Shown here piece by piece: positions 1 through 7,726 of a stretch of 49,669 bases of DNA. Both the position numbers and the translations under genes were made by a program. Numbering within the stretch: position 1 is the first letter of the stretch; each line of letters begins with the position of its first letter. Origin of the DNA: Verrucomicrobiota bacterium (GTDB taxonomy: Bacteria; Verrucomicrobiota; Verrucomicrobiia; Opitutales; Seribacteraceae); assembly GCA_027622665.1 (NCBI GenBank), contig JAQBYT010000032.1, forward strand, positions 1-49,669, read 5' to 3'. The notes under the pieces were generated by a model that had not been told where the DNA came from, did not search any database, and saw nothing but the letters and a program-made list of their open reading frames with translations.

Positions 1-779
1 GCCCGAACCTGCGGAGACAGCAGGTCGAGAGTAATGGAATCGGCGACTATGGTTTGATTCAAGTCGGCGGGAAGACGAGAACGAGATATAGTGCCGTTGA
101 GATCGGCAAGGACGTCTGCCGGAAGCATGTCGCGGGTGATGACTACGGAGCGGTTGAGGTCCGCGAGAACGTCCGGAGACAGACGAGAACGAGTGATGGT
201 TCCGTTGAGATCGGCCCGAACGCCGGGAGAAAGGTGAGAGAGCGTAACGCTACCGGGCTGCAGAGTGGCGTTTTGCTCGGGTAGGACGACGGAGGCGTTG
301 AGGTCCGCGAGGACTTCTGCGGCGAGCATACTTTTGGTAATGGCGCCGGGCTCGACGGCCTTGGCGAGGTTTGCCAGATTTGCCACGTCCGCGGCGAGGG
401 CGTGGGGAGCGGAGGTGATGCGCTGGTTGGGCAGCATGTGGAGCCATTCTTGGGTATCGGCCTGGTAGAACTTTACATCAAGGTAAAGCCGGGGGTGGTC
501 GAGGAAGAGGTTGCTCGGGAGAGCGTTCATGCCCTGCCCGCCGAGGAGGACGACGTAGAGACCGCCATCGACAGGAACGTTGATAGAGGCGTTGGCATCT
601 GCACCGTTTTGCCAATGGACGGTGCCGTTGGCATCCCGCAGGGCGAAGGTGAACCGGGCGTCGCCTTGGAAGTTGGCTCCGTTGATGGCGACCTTGCCCG
701 AATAGGGAATGGGTGCGGCCGACAAGAACCGAGGGAGCAGGAACAGGAACAGGAACAGAAGGAAGTGAGCGTTTTTCAT
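1..779 (-). CDS. Partial secreted repeat protein, runs off the left edge
   Basis: Not in the ORF track because it has no stop in the window. My translation from ATG 779 is MKNAHFLLFLFLFLLPRFLSAAPIPYSGKVAINGANFQGDARFTFALRD..., open to the edge. It has a signal peptide, then ...ITSAPHAL... and about 5 copies of an I(T/S)xxxLxx(D/E/G)VxADLN-like repeat. Confidence 0.85.
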   Translation of the reverse strand, partial: MKNAHFLLFLFLFLLPRFLSAAPIPYSGKVAINGANFQGDARFTFALRDANGTVHWQNGADANASINVPVDGGLYVVLLGGQGMNALPSNLFLDHPRLYLDVKFYQADTQEWLHMLPNQRITSAPHALAADVANLANLAKAVEPGAITKSMLAAEVLADLNASVVLPEQNATLQPGSVTLSHLSPGVRADLNGTITRSRLSPDVLADLNRSVVITRDMLPADVLADLNGTISRSRLPADLNQTIVADSITLDLLSPQVR

Positions 780-849
780 AAGTTGAATAGTATCGATTAT
801 AAATTTAAAGTGAAACGTTGTCTTTGCAAGATGAATAATCATCAATACG

Positions 850-893
850 CTGGACTGCCGCAAGTCGGGGACTTGCCCTTCCTCGCAATGACA
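850..893 (-). repeat. Single inverted arm of the GTCATTGCGAG palindromic repeat family
   Basis: CTGGACTGCCGC...CCTCGCAATGACA matches the reverse complement of the ends (TGTCATTGCGAG...GCGGCAATCCAG) of the repeats at 48656-49623. Intergenic. Confidence 0.7.
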
Positions 894-947
894 AAGGTGG
901 GAAGCGAAGGAGAGGTGGAGAGTAGCAAAAAGCACCCGGCTTGCCCG

Positions 948-2315
948 CTAAGCGGCAGGGTCGAGGAGATATTTGCGACGTAGCAAGCGCCAGGCGATGA
1001 TGATGAAGGCGGTGAGCGGGATGCCGAATATCATGCCTAGAATACCGCCGAGGGCGGTGCCCCAAAAGAAGATGGCCACAATGATGACGACGGGGTGAAG
1101 GCCGGTTTGGCGTCCCATGATGCGAGGGGTGAGCAGGTAGCTCTCGACGACTTGGACGACTCCGAAGGTGACGCCACACCCGAGGAGGATGCCCCACTCT
1201 CCCGTTTCGGCGATGCCGGCGGGCTGGAGGTAGGCGATAAGGATAGCGGTAGCGATGCCGATGATGGACCCGAGGTATGGCACCACGTTGAGGAGACCGA
1301 AGAGGAGACCTAGGGCTAGCCCGAAATTGAGACCGCTGATCTGGAAGCCGATGGCGTAGCCCACCCCCATGAGGAGACCGATGAGTAGCTGTCCACGGAA
1401 GAAAGCCACGAGGATACCGACGAACTCGCGAATAAGAAATACGACGTCCTCCCGAACTCGTGGCGACAGGAAGCCGAGCTCCTGCTCGAAGTCTTCCAAC
1501 AAATCGCGCCTAGAGCCGAGGAAGTAGAACATGTAGATGGGAATGACGGCCAGATAGGTGAACTGGGTGAAGAAGCCGAGGAGCCCCCACCATGCGGACT
1601 TGAGAACCTTGGCCGACTGTTCCGCGATCTGTTCGCCTTGCTGGCCGAAGGTTTCCATGTTGCGGTTGCGGATTTCCTCTTTTTTCTGGGCAAGGTAGGC
1701 GTTACGCTCGTCCGTTTCGTCGATGAGGATGTAGGCCGCCCGCTCGTCCTCGTCGAGGGCAAGGAAGACCTTGTGATCGGCCGGCTCGAGCTCGTCGAGG
1801 GCGGCGCTCTCTTCCTTGGTGAAGCGAGTGGCGGCTGAATCGTCGGCCCCGAACATTTCGCGCCAGTATTGCTTGAAGACCTCGGTCTGGGTGGAGACGG
1901 CTTCGTAGGCGTCTTCGGGCAACCATTCCTTCGCTTTGTCCTCGATTTTTTCGGGCCAGTCCACGGCGGTCACGGCGAGTTCCCGGACTTGCTCGACCAC
2001 CTTGGCTCCCACCAACCAGATGGTGGTGCCTGCCGTTCCCACGACCAATAAATAGAGGAGCATGATGGAAAGAAAACGACCGAGCCGCAGCTTGCTGTCG
2101 AAAAAGGCGACAACGGGCCGCAAGATAATTGCCAGCATACCCGCTACCGCGAGAGACCATATGACACCGGAAAACTTGTCGAAGAACTGTTGCAGGACTA
2201 CGATGGCGCCGATGAGAAGAAAGCCGAGCACCCAAACTCCCGCGAAACAGGATACGTAACCGATAAAACGCCTCTGTCGGAGGGAGAGAATGGGTTCGGA
2301 GTTATCCTTGTCCAT
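948..2315 (-). CDS. AI-2E (PerM/UPF0118) family transporter
   Basis: 455 aa polytopic membrane protein with FFRGQLLI, LNVVPYLGS, ESYLLTPRIMG..GLHPV and GILGMIFGIPL motifs. Confidence 0.92.
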   Translation of the reverse strand: MDKDNSEPILSLRQRRFIGYVSCFAGVWVLGFLLIGAIVVLQQFFDKFSGVIWSLAVAGMLAIILRPVVAFFDSKLRLGRFLSIMLLYLLVVGTAGTTIWLVGAKVVEQVRELAVTAVDWPEKIEDKAKEWLPEDAYEAVSTQTEVFKQYWREMFGADDSAATRFTKEESAALDELEPADHKVFLALDEDERAAYILIDETDERNAYLAQKKEEIRNRNMETFGQQGEQIAEQSAKVLKSAWWGLLGFFTQFTYLAVIPIYMFYFLGSRRDLLEDFEQELGFLSPRVREDVVFLIREFVGILVAFFRGQLLIGLLMGVGYAIGFQISGLNFGLALGLLFGLLNVVPYLGSIIGIATAILIAYLQPAGIAETGEWGILLGCGVTFGVVQVVESYLLTPRIMGRQTGLHPVVIIVAIFFWGTALGGILGMIFGIPLTAFIIIAWRLLRRKYLLDPAA

Positions 2316-2441
2316 GCGTCGAAATGGTAACTTGTTTACTTGCCTTGTACAGGTTCATCCACGATGAAATATACAAAACCCATGTCGACCGTTTCTCGGG
2401 AAGTCAAACGAAAGGCGCAATCGACGACGCTTACAACACTC

Positions 2442-4472
2442 ATGCGAACCTCCATCACTTTTCTCTTTTTTTCGTTAATGGCGACTGCGGTATACGCACA
2501 GGATGACAAGAATACCGACAACCTAGCCGATGACCCGTTGATTCGCGAAGCGGTGGAGGGCACCTTTCCCGCCATCGTGCGTATCGAGGTGGTGTCGGAG
2601 CAGGGTTCATCCGGACGCATGCTGAAGTCCCGGGCCACGGGCAGCGGCGTAATCGTATCGGACAAGGGGCACGTCGTGACGAACCACCACGTGGCCGGCA
2701 AGGCGACCCGCATAACCTGTCGCCTGCACGACGGCGAGGAGATAGCGGCCGACTTGATAGGTGCCGACGCGATGACCGACCTCGCCGTGATTCGCCTTCG
2801 CATAGGTGAACGCCCCAAGGGCGCCAAGCCCTTGGCCGTCGCCAAGTTCGGGGATTCGGACAAGGTGCAGGTGGGCGACGTGTGCTTTGCCATGGGAAGC
2901 CCGGCGGGCCTTTCCCAGTCTGTGACGAGGGGAATCATATCGAACGTCGCCATGATATCGCCGCAACGAGGAAGCTTTCGGCTGGATGGCGAGAACGTAG
3001 GCCAACTGGTGCGCTGGCTGGGACACGATGCGGTGATCTTCCCGGGTAACAGCGGTGGCCCGTTGGTGAATAAAAAGGGAGAGATCGTAGGTATTAACGA
3101 GGTAGGCATCGGCAGCCTCGGAGGGGCGATTCCCGCCAATCTGGCAAGGGACGTATCCGACGAACTCATCAAGACCGGAACCGTGGCCAGAAGCTGGACG
3201 GGACTGGAAGTGCAACCGGTGCTTAGCCCCGACGAAAAAGGCGTGCTCATCGCGGGTATCATCGCCGACTCTCCCGCGGAGAAGGCCGGCATGATGCCGG
3301 GAGATGTGCTGACCCACTTTGGCGGAAAGGCCGTGCAAGCCCGCATTCCCGAGGACCTTCCGTTGTTCAACCAGATCGCCCTATCCAATACAGTTGGCAA
3401 AAAGGTGGCCCTCAAGGGACGTCGGGACGGCAAGCCGAAAAAGTGGACTCTCCTGACCGAGGCTCGCGAACCCGCCCACGCCAAAGAACGAGAGCTGAAG
3501 AGCTGGGGGATCACCGTGCGCGACTTCACCTTGCTTTCCTCGTTGGAAGCTAGACGAGCAGACAAGAGCGGGGCTCAAGTGCACTCCGTGAGGCAAGGTG
3601 GCCCCGCAAACAACGCCAAGCCTGCCCTTCTCCCCAGAGACGTAATCACGAAACTCGGCGACAAACCGGTGACAAGCATGGCCGACTTGATCCGCCTAAC
3701 CAAGGAAATCACCACGGGCAAAACGGAAGCGGTCCCCACCCTTGTGACGATCGAACGGAATTTGGCCCACTTGTTGACCGTGGTGAAACTAGGCCCGGAG
3801 GCGGAAGAAAACCGTCCCGTGCAAGCTTGGAAACCCTGGCTAGGGGTGTCCACTCAAGTGCTTACCCGAGATCTGGCCGATGCGATAGGATTGGAGCGAG
3901 GAGCTCTTGGCGTACGCGTGGTGCAAGTCTACCCCGACACCCCCGCTCGGAAAGGCGGGATAGAGGCAGGCGACCTGTTGCTGCGAATGGATGGTCAAAT
4001 CATTCGAGCCAACCGAGTGGAGGACTCCGAGGTGTTCGGCAACATGATAAAGGAGTACAAGATTGACGCAAAGGTTCTGTTTTCCTGCCTCCGAGGCGAG
4101 GATCCACTGGACCTGAACGTAACTCTGGAAAGACGCCCTACCCCGGCCAACGAGCTGGATGACTTCGAGGACGAAACCTTCGAGTTCACGGTACGGGAAC
4201 TTTCCTTCGCCAACCGAGTCAACTACCGCTTGAAGAAAGAAGACAAGGGACTGCTGGTGGAAAATGTGGAATCCGCAGGATGGGCCGCCCTTGCGGGCCT
4301 CAGGCAGGGCGACGTTCTTTTGTCGATAGACGAAAAGAACATGATCGAGATCGAAGATCTTGAAACGAAGATGACCGATATCGTGAAGAAGAAAGCCAAA
4401 CGTGTCGTATTTTTCGTAAAGAGAGGCATTCACACCTTGTTCATACGACTGGAACCCGATTGGGACGAATAA
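2442..4472 (+). CDS. HtrA/DegP-like trypsin-fold serine protease with four PDZ domains
   Basis: Catalytic triad TNHHV, TDLAV, FPGNSGGP, plus four PDZ-like units. ATG 2442 gives a clean signal peptide (MRTSITFLFFSLMATAVYA); the ORF track starts at 2340. Confidence 0.92.
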   Translation: MRTSITFLFFSLMATAVYAQDDKNTDNLADDPLIREAVEGTFPAIVRIEVVSEQGSSGRMLKSRATGSGVIVSDKGHVVTNHHVAGKATRITCRLHDGEEIAADLIGADAMTDLAVIRLRIGERPKGAKPLAVAKFGDSDKVQVGDVCFAMGSPAGLSQSVTRGIISNVAMISPQRGSFRLDGENVGQLVRWLGHDAVIFPGNSGGPLVNKKGEIVGINEVGIGSLGGAIPANLARDVSDELIKTGTVARSWTGLEVQPVLSPDEKGVLIAGIIADSPAEKAGMMPGDVLTHFGGKAVQARIPEDLPLFNQIALSNTVGKKVALKGRRDGKPKKWTLLTEAREPAHAKERELKSWGITVRDFTLLSSLEARRADKSGAQVHSVRQGGPANNAKPALLPRDVITKLGDKPVTSMADLIRLTKEITTGKTEAVPTLVTIERNLAHLLTVVKLGPEAEENRPVQAWKPWLGVSTQVLTRDLADAIGLERGALGVRVVQVYPDTPARKGGIEAGDLLLRMDGQIIRANRVEDSEVFGNMIKEYKIDAKVLFSCLRGEDPLDLNVTLERRPTPANELDDFEDETFEFTVRELSFANRVNYRLKKEDKGLLVENVESAGWAALAGLRQGDVLLSIDEKNMIEIEDLETKMTDIVKKKAKRVVFFVKRGIHTLFIRLEPDWDE

Positions 4473-4517
4473 CCTAGAACCAGCCTAGCGAGACCTGACA
4501 ACCTGCAGCAATTTCTC

Positions 4518-5294
4518 ATGAAACTAAGAACAATAAGACTATTTGCCCTTCTCGCTTTCTCACTGGCAGCCTTTTCGGCTCTCGCAAAAAAAGAGGCCGA
4601 CCCGATCAAGACTTGGCGTACGTTGCTTAAAGAACGTTCGGAATGCGTGACTTGGGTGTCCGTCACGGTAAAAGTGGAAATAAGTTCGGGCGGAAGAAGC
4701 TATCCGCCGCAAGAGCAAAAACTGGAAGCCTTGGGTACCGTGCTGTCCAAAGACGGTTTGGTCGCGCTATCGCTGACCAAAGTGGATCCCACCGCTTCGA
4801 TCCTCTCCCGAATGCAAGGAGGTGGAGCTTCCGTAAACGTAAACTACTCGGAAGTTAATATTCTGATGCAGGACGGAAGCGAAGTGCCCGCCAAGCTGTT
4901 GCTGAAGGACTCGGATCTCGACCTGGCCTTCCTTCTACCCTTGAAGGATGAAAAAAAGAATGATGACAACATAGTTTTTCAACCAGTACCGTCATCGGGG
5001 AAAAGCCCCAAACCGCAACCCCTCGACGAGGTAGCGTCTCTCGGCAAACTGAGCCGCAACCTGTACCGCCAATCCACGATCATGCGTGGGTGGGTGAATG
5101 CGGTGATCGAGAAACCCAGAGAGTATTACGTAATCGATAGTTTGTCTCCCGGGACACCGGTTTTCGATGCGTCCGGCAATTGGCTCGGAATCGGCGTGTA
5201 CAAGATGGTCTCGGGCCAACCGACGCAAATCGTGACCTTACCCGCCGAGGACGTATTGGAAATTGCCGAACAAGTCCGCAAAAGAACCAAGTGA
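4518..5294 (+). CDS. Secreted trypsin-fold protein, probably catalytically degenerate
   Basis: Signal peptide. GTVLSKDGLV, DSDLDLAFL and SPGTPVFDASGNWLGI follow the trypsin-fold order, but the catalytic His and the GxSGG motif are missing. Confidence 0.7.
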   Translation: MKLRTIRLFALLAFSLAAFSALAKKEADPIKTWRTLLKERSECVTWVSVTVKVEISSGGRSYPPQEQKLEALGTVLSKDGLVALSLTKVDPTASILSRMQGGGASVNVNYSEVNILMQDGSEVPAKLLLKDSDLDLAFLLPLKDEKKNDDNIVFQPVPSSGKSPKPQPLDEVASLGKLSRNLYRQSTIMRGWVNAVIEKPREYYVIDSLSPGTPVFDASGNWLGIGVYKMVSGQPTQIVTLPAEDVLEIAEQVRKRTK

Positions 5295-5351
5295 TTTTTC
5301 CATTGCCCGACGACCAAGAACGAAGGTACTGTTTAAGCAATTTCCTCGTCA

Positions 5352-6698
5352 ATGAAATTGAAAATTTGCGAAATCAAGCGGACATTCACCTTCCTATTGG
5401 TGGTATTAAGCGTGGTAGGTTGCCAAAAGCACGAGATCTCTTCCGATGACGTCGAATACCGCCAGAACGAGGAGGGCAAACTACTCCTATATGAGATCGG
5501 AGAAGAAGAACCCTTCGAAGGAATAGTCGTTGATGAGTACGCCAACGGTCATACGAACTGTAAAGTTGAATTCAAGGGTGGACAGAGAGATGGCAACTTC
5601 ACCTTTTGGCGCGAAAACGAAATCCCCTTGTCCAAAGGAGAATACAGAAAAGACCTTCGACACGGGAGATTTACTGCTTATGGCGGGGCGGGCGAATTGA
5701 TCTTAGAAAAAACTTATGCGAATGGAAAGCTAAACGGACCGTGTAACTTCTATTATCGATATTCTAATGACGAGGTGGAACGATTTTTCGAGGAATTGGA
5801 AGAGCAAGATCTTGAGATCGGTGAACTGAAGGCACAATCCCGGCTACGCTATTCATGCGAATTCGTAGATGATGCACCCTCCGGGGTTTACCACGAGTAT
5901 TTCTACGAAGGGGAAGAGGCGAACTCTACCTCGCCATTACTACGAGAAAGAGGTAACTTCGATGCCAATGGCAGCCTGTATGGCGCTCAAGTCCGGTACT
6001 TCCCAAAGGTTAAGACATTGGCGATCAAACTACCAAATGAACGATTAATGGACGAAGGTTATGAAGCCGACGTCAAAGGTCTCTCTCTTGCCATCGAATC
6101 CGCTTACAAAGCGATTGAGGAATTGCCCGCATATCGTAACCGAGAAGACCAACCGGCGACAATCTTTGCCTTGGACGAAAGAGGCAACGAAATCGTGCCC
6201 ATATGGTCTACCAATATTTTCAAAATTGTGATCAGAGACCTGAACGGTTCCTTCCTTGAAAAACGTTACGATCATACTTTTGAAGATTATAATCGGGCCA
6301 AACAAAGGGCGGAAGATCGATGCGACGAACACGGCATTGCGACTGTAGCAAATTCGGAAGAATCTCTCAATCCTCATGAGGTTCGAAGCATTGATCGCCG
6401 GAAAACGACGGAGGCGATAGAGGTCCTAGGTATCGACCAGAATGGCAAGGTGATCGAAATTCTGTGGACGAGTGACCCCGACAGTCACATAATCGCTCTT
6501 CACGAACGAATTACAAAAAAACGATACCGCGTAATGCGAGCTTGGTTGGATGGCAAATCCTGGGGAGCACGCTGGTTTCTTCCGGATGGCAGTAAATTGA
6601 GTATTTTAGACGAGCGTAGACGAGAAATAATTCACCGCGACAAGGAAACCTCAACCATTTCCGAGAAAAAATCTGAAGACCACAGTCTTCTGCCCTAA
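5352..6698 (+). CDS. Lipoprotein with MORN-variant/YwqK-like repeats
   Basis: Lipobox-like VVGC; repeats such as EFKGGQRDGNFTFW, EYRKDLRHGRFTAY and TYANGKLNGPCNFY. Confidence 0.75.
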   Translation: MKLKICEIKRTFTFLLVVLSVVGCQKHEISSDDVEYRQNEEGKLLLYEIGEEEPFEGIVVDEYANGHTNCKVEFKGGQRDGNFTFWRENEIPLSKGEYRKDLRHGRFTAYGGAGELILEKTYANGKLNGPCNFYYRYSNDEVERFFEELEEQDLEIGELKAQSRLRYSCEFVDDAPSGVYHEYFYEGEEANSTSPLLRERGNFDANGSLYGAQVRYFPKVKTLAIKLPNERLMDEGYEADVKGLSLAIESAYKAIEELPAYRNREDQPATIFALDERGNEIVPIWSTNIFKIVIRDLNGSFLEKRYDHTFEDYNRAKQRAEDRCDEHGIATVANSEESLNPHEVRSIDRRKTTEAIEVLGIDQNGKVIEILWTSDPDSHIIALHERITKKRYRVMRAWLDGKSWGARWFLPDGSKLSILDERRREIIHRDKETSTISEKKSEDHSLLP

Positions 6699-6778
6699 CA
6701 CATAAAATTATGGTAATAGGGTTCGAGTACTAACATTCGCGAACGGATTGGTCGGCGAAAAGTTAGTCAAAGACCAAG

Positions 6779-7699
6779 CTATCGGTCGAACGGGCTGGCA
6801 GGAACCGGGGATGGTTGTGCGTCAAAAGGATTGGCGGGGATATTAGGATCAAAGGGCGATGGGGTTGAGGCTGGTGCGGGTGACGCCTGATCAAAAGGAT
6901 TAGGAACACTCGGAACTGGGACAGGAGAAGGTTTGTGTGCCAGGTCAAAAGGATTACCGGCAGGAACAGTTGCAGCAGGGGGTGCGATTTGGTCGAAAGG
7001 ACTTACGGAACCAGGCACTTCATCAAAAGGATTCGCAGGTGGGGAAGGTATGCCAGGACTAGGTTTTGGCATAGTGCGAGCTTGTTCGTAAAAGGGCACG
7101 AAAGCATCTTCATCTTCATCGACGCCTAGCAAAGAAACCACGCGTGGCCGAATGTCATAAGACCAGACCAATTTGACATCATAACCCGATTCAAGTTCTC
7201 CGATACGGGAAATGGTCGCTTGATCGTACCCTCCGCCTTTGCCTGGTGAACCTCCAACCCATTTCACGTAATAACGAGATGGAATGCCATAGCGGGCAGA
7301 GAGGACCTCCACCCACATCTCTCCCTTATCGACAATGGAGCCCACCACGACCCCCTTTCTTTTATATGGGCGAAGCAATTTCAAGCGATCAACTCGCAAA
7401 TGGCCATCCCAATGCCATGTAAGTTGAACACGGTTGCCGACTGGAATTTCGTCGAATTGACTCAAAATAGCTCGATCGTAACCACCTCCTCGATTTGGAG
7501 GACCACCGATCCAGCCCGGGAGATAACGATGTGGATATCCTTCATCATCCTTAACTTCTATCCAAGAATTTCCCTTTGCCGATAGAATCCCATCTAACTT
7601 TCCCTTAGTCTTAAGAGGCAGCTCACCAAATTGGGCACCGACAGAGGTGAGCACACACAATATGAGTAACAAGAGAAGTTTGCGTGGTAAAGCAAACAT
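6779..7699 (-). CDS. Secreted protein with two homologous beta (OB-like) domains and a Pro-rich [NS]PFD-repeat tail
   Basis: Signal peptide from ATG 7699 (ORF track starts at 7720). Duplicated motif YLPGWIGGPPNRGGGYD / YYVKWVGGSPGKGGGYD; seven [NS]PFD motifs at the C-terminus. Confidence 0.8.
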   Translation of the reverse strand: MFALPRKLLLLLILCVLTSVGAQFGELPLKTKGKLDGILSAKGNSWIEVKDDEGYPHRYLPGWIGGPPNRGGGYDRAILSQFDEIPVGNRVQLTWHWDGHLRVDRLKLLRPYKRKGVVVGSIVDKGEMWVEVLSARYGIPSRYYVKWVGGSPGKGGGYDQATISRIGELESGYDVKLVWSYDIRPRVVSLLGVDEDEDAFVPFYEQARTMPKPSPGIPSPPANPFDEVPGSVSPFDQIAPPAATVPAGNPFDLAHKPSPVPVPSVPNPFDQASPAPASTPSPFDPNIPANPFDAQPSPVPASPFDR

Positions 7700-7726
7700 A
7701 GAACAAACAGCTAGCACCAAACCGCC

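Noticed and set aside
402..983. 193-aa plus-strand ORF with QEQEQE
   Set aside because: Shadow of the minus-strand secreted protein; the QE run is the antisense reading of its LF signal-peptide repeat.
2336..3565. 409-aa minus-strand ORF
   Set aside because: Antisense shadow of the HtrA gene with no motifs.
5352..6698. Toxin-antitoxin module suggested by YwqK-like repeats
   Set aside because: No adjacent toxin; lipoprotein signal present; such repeats are generic.
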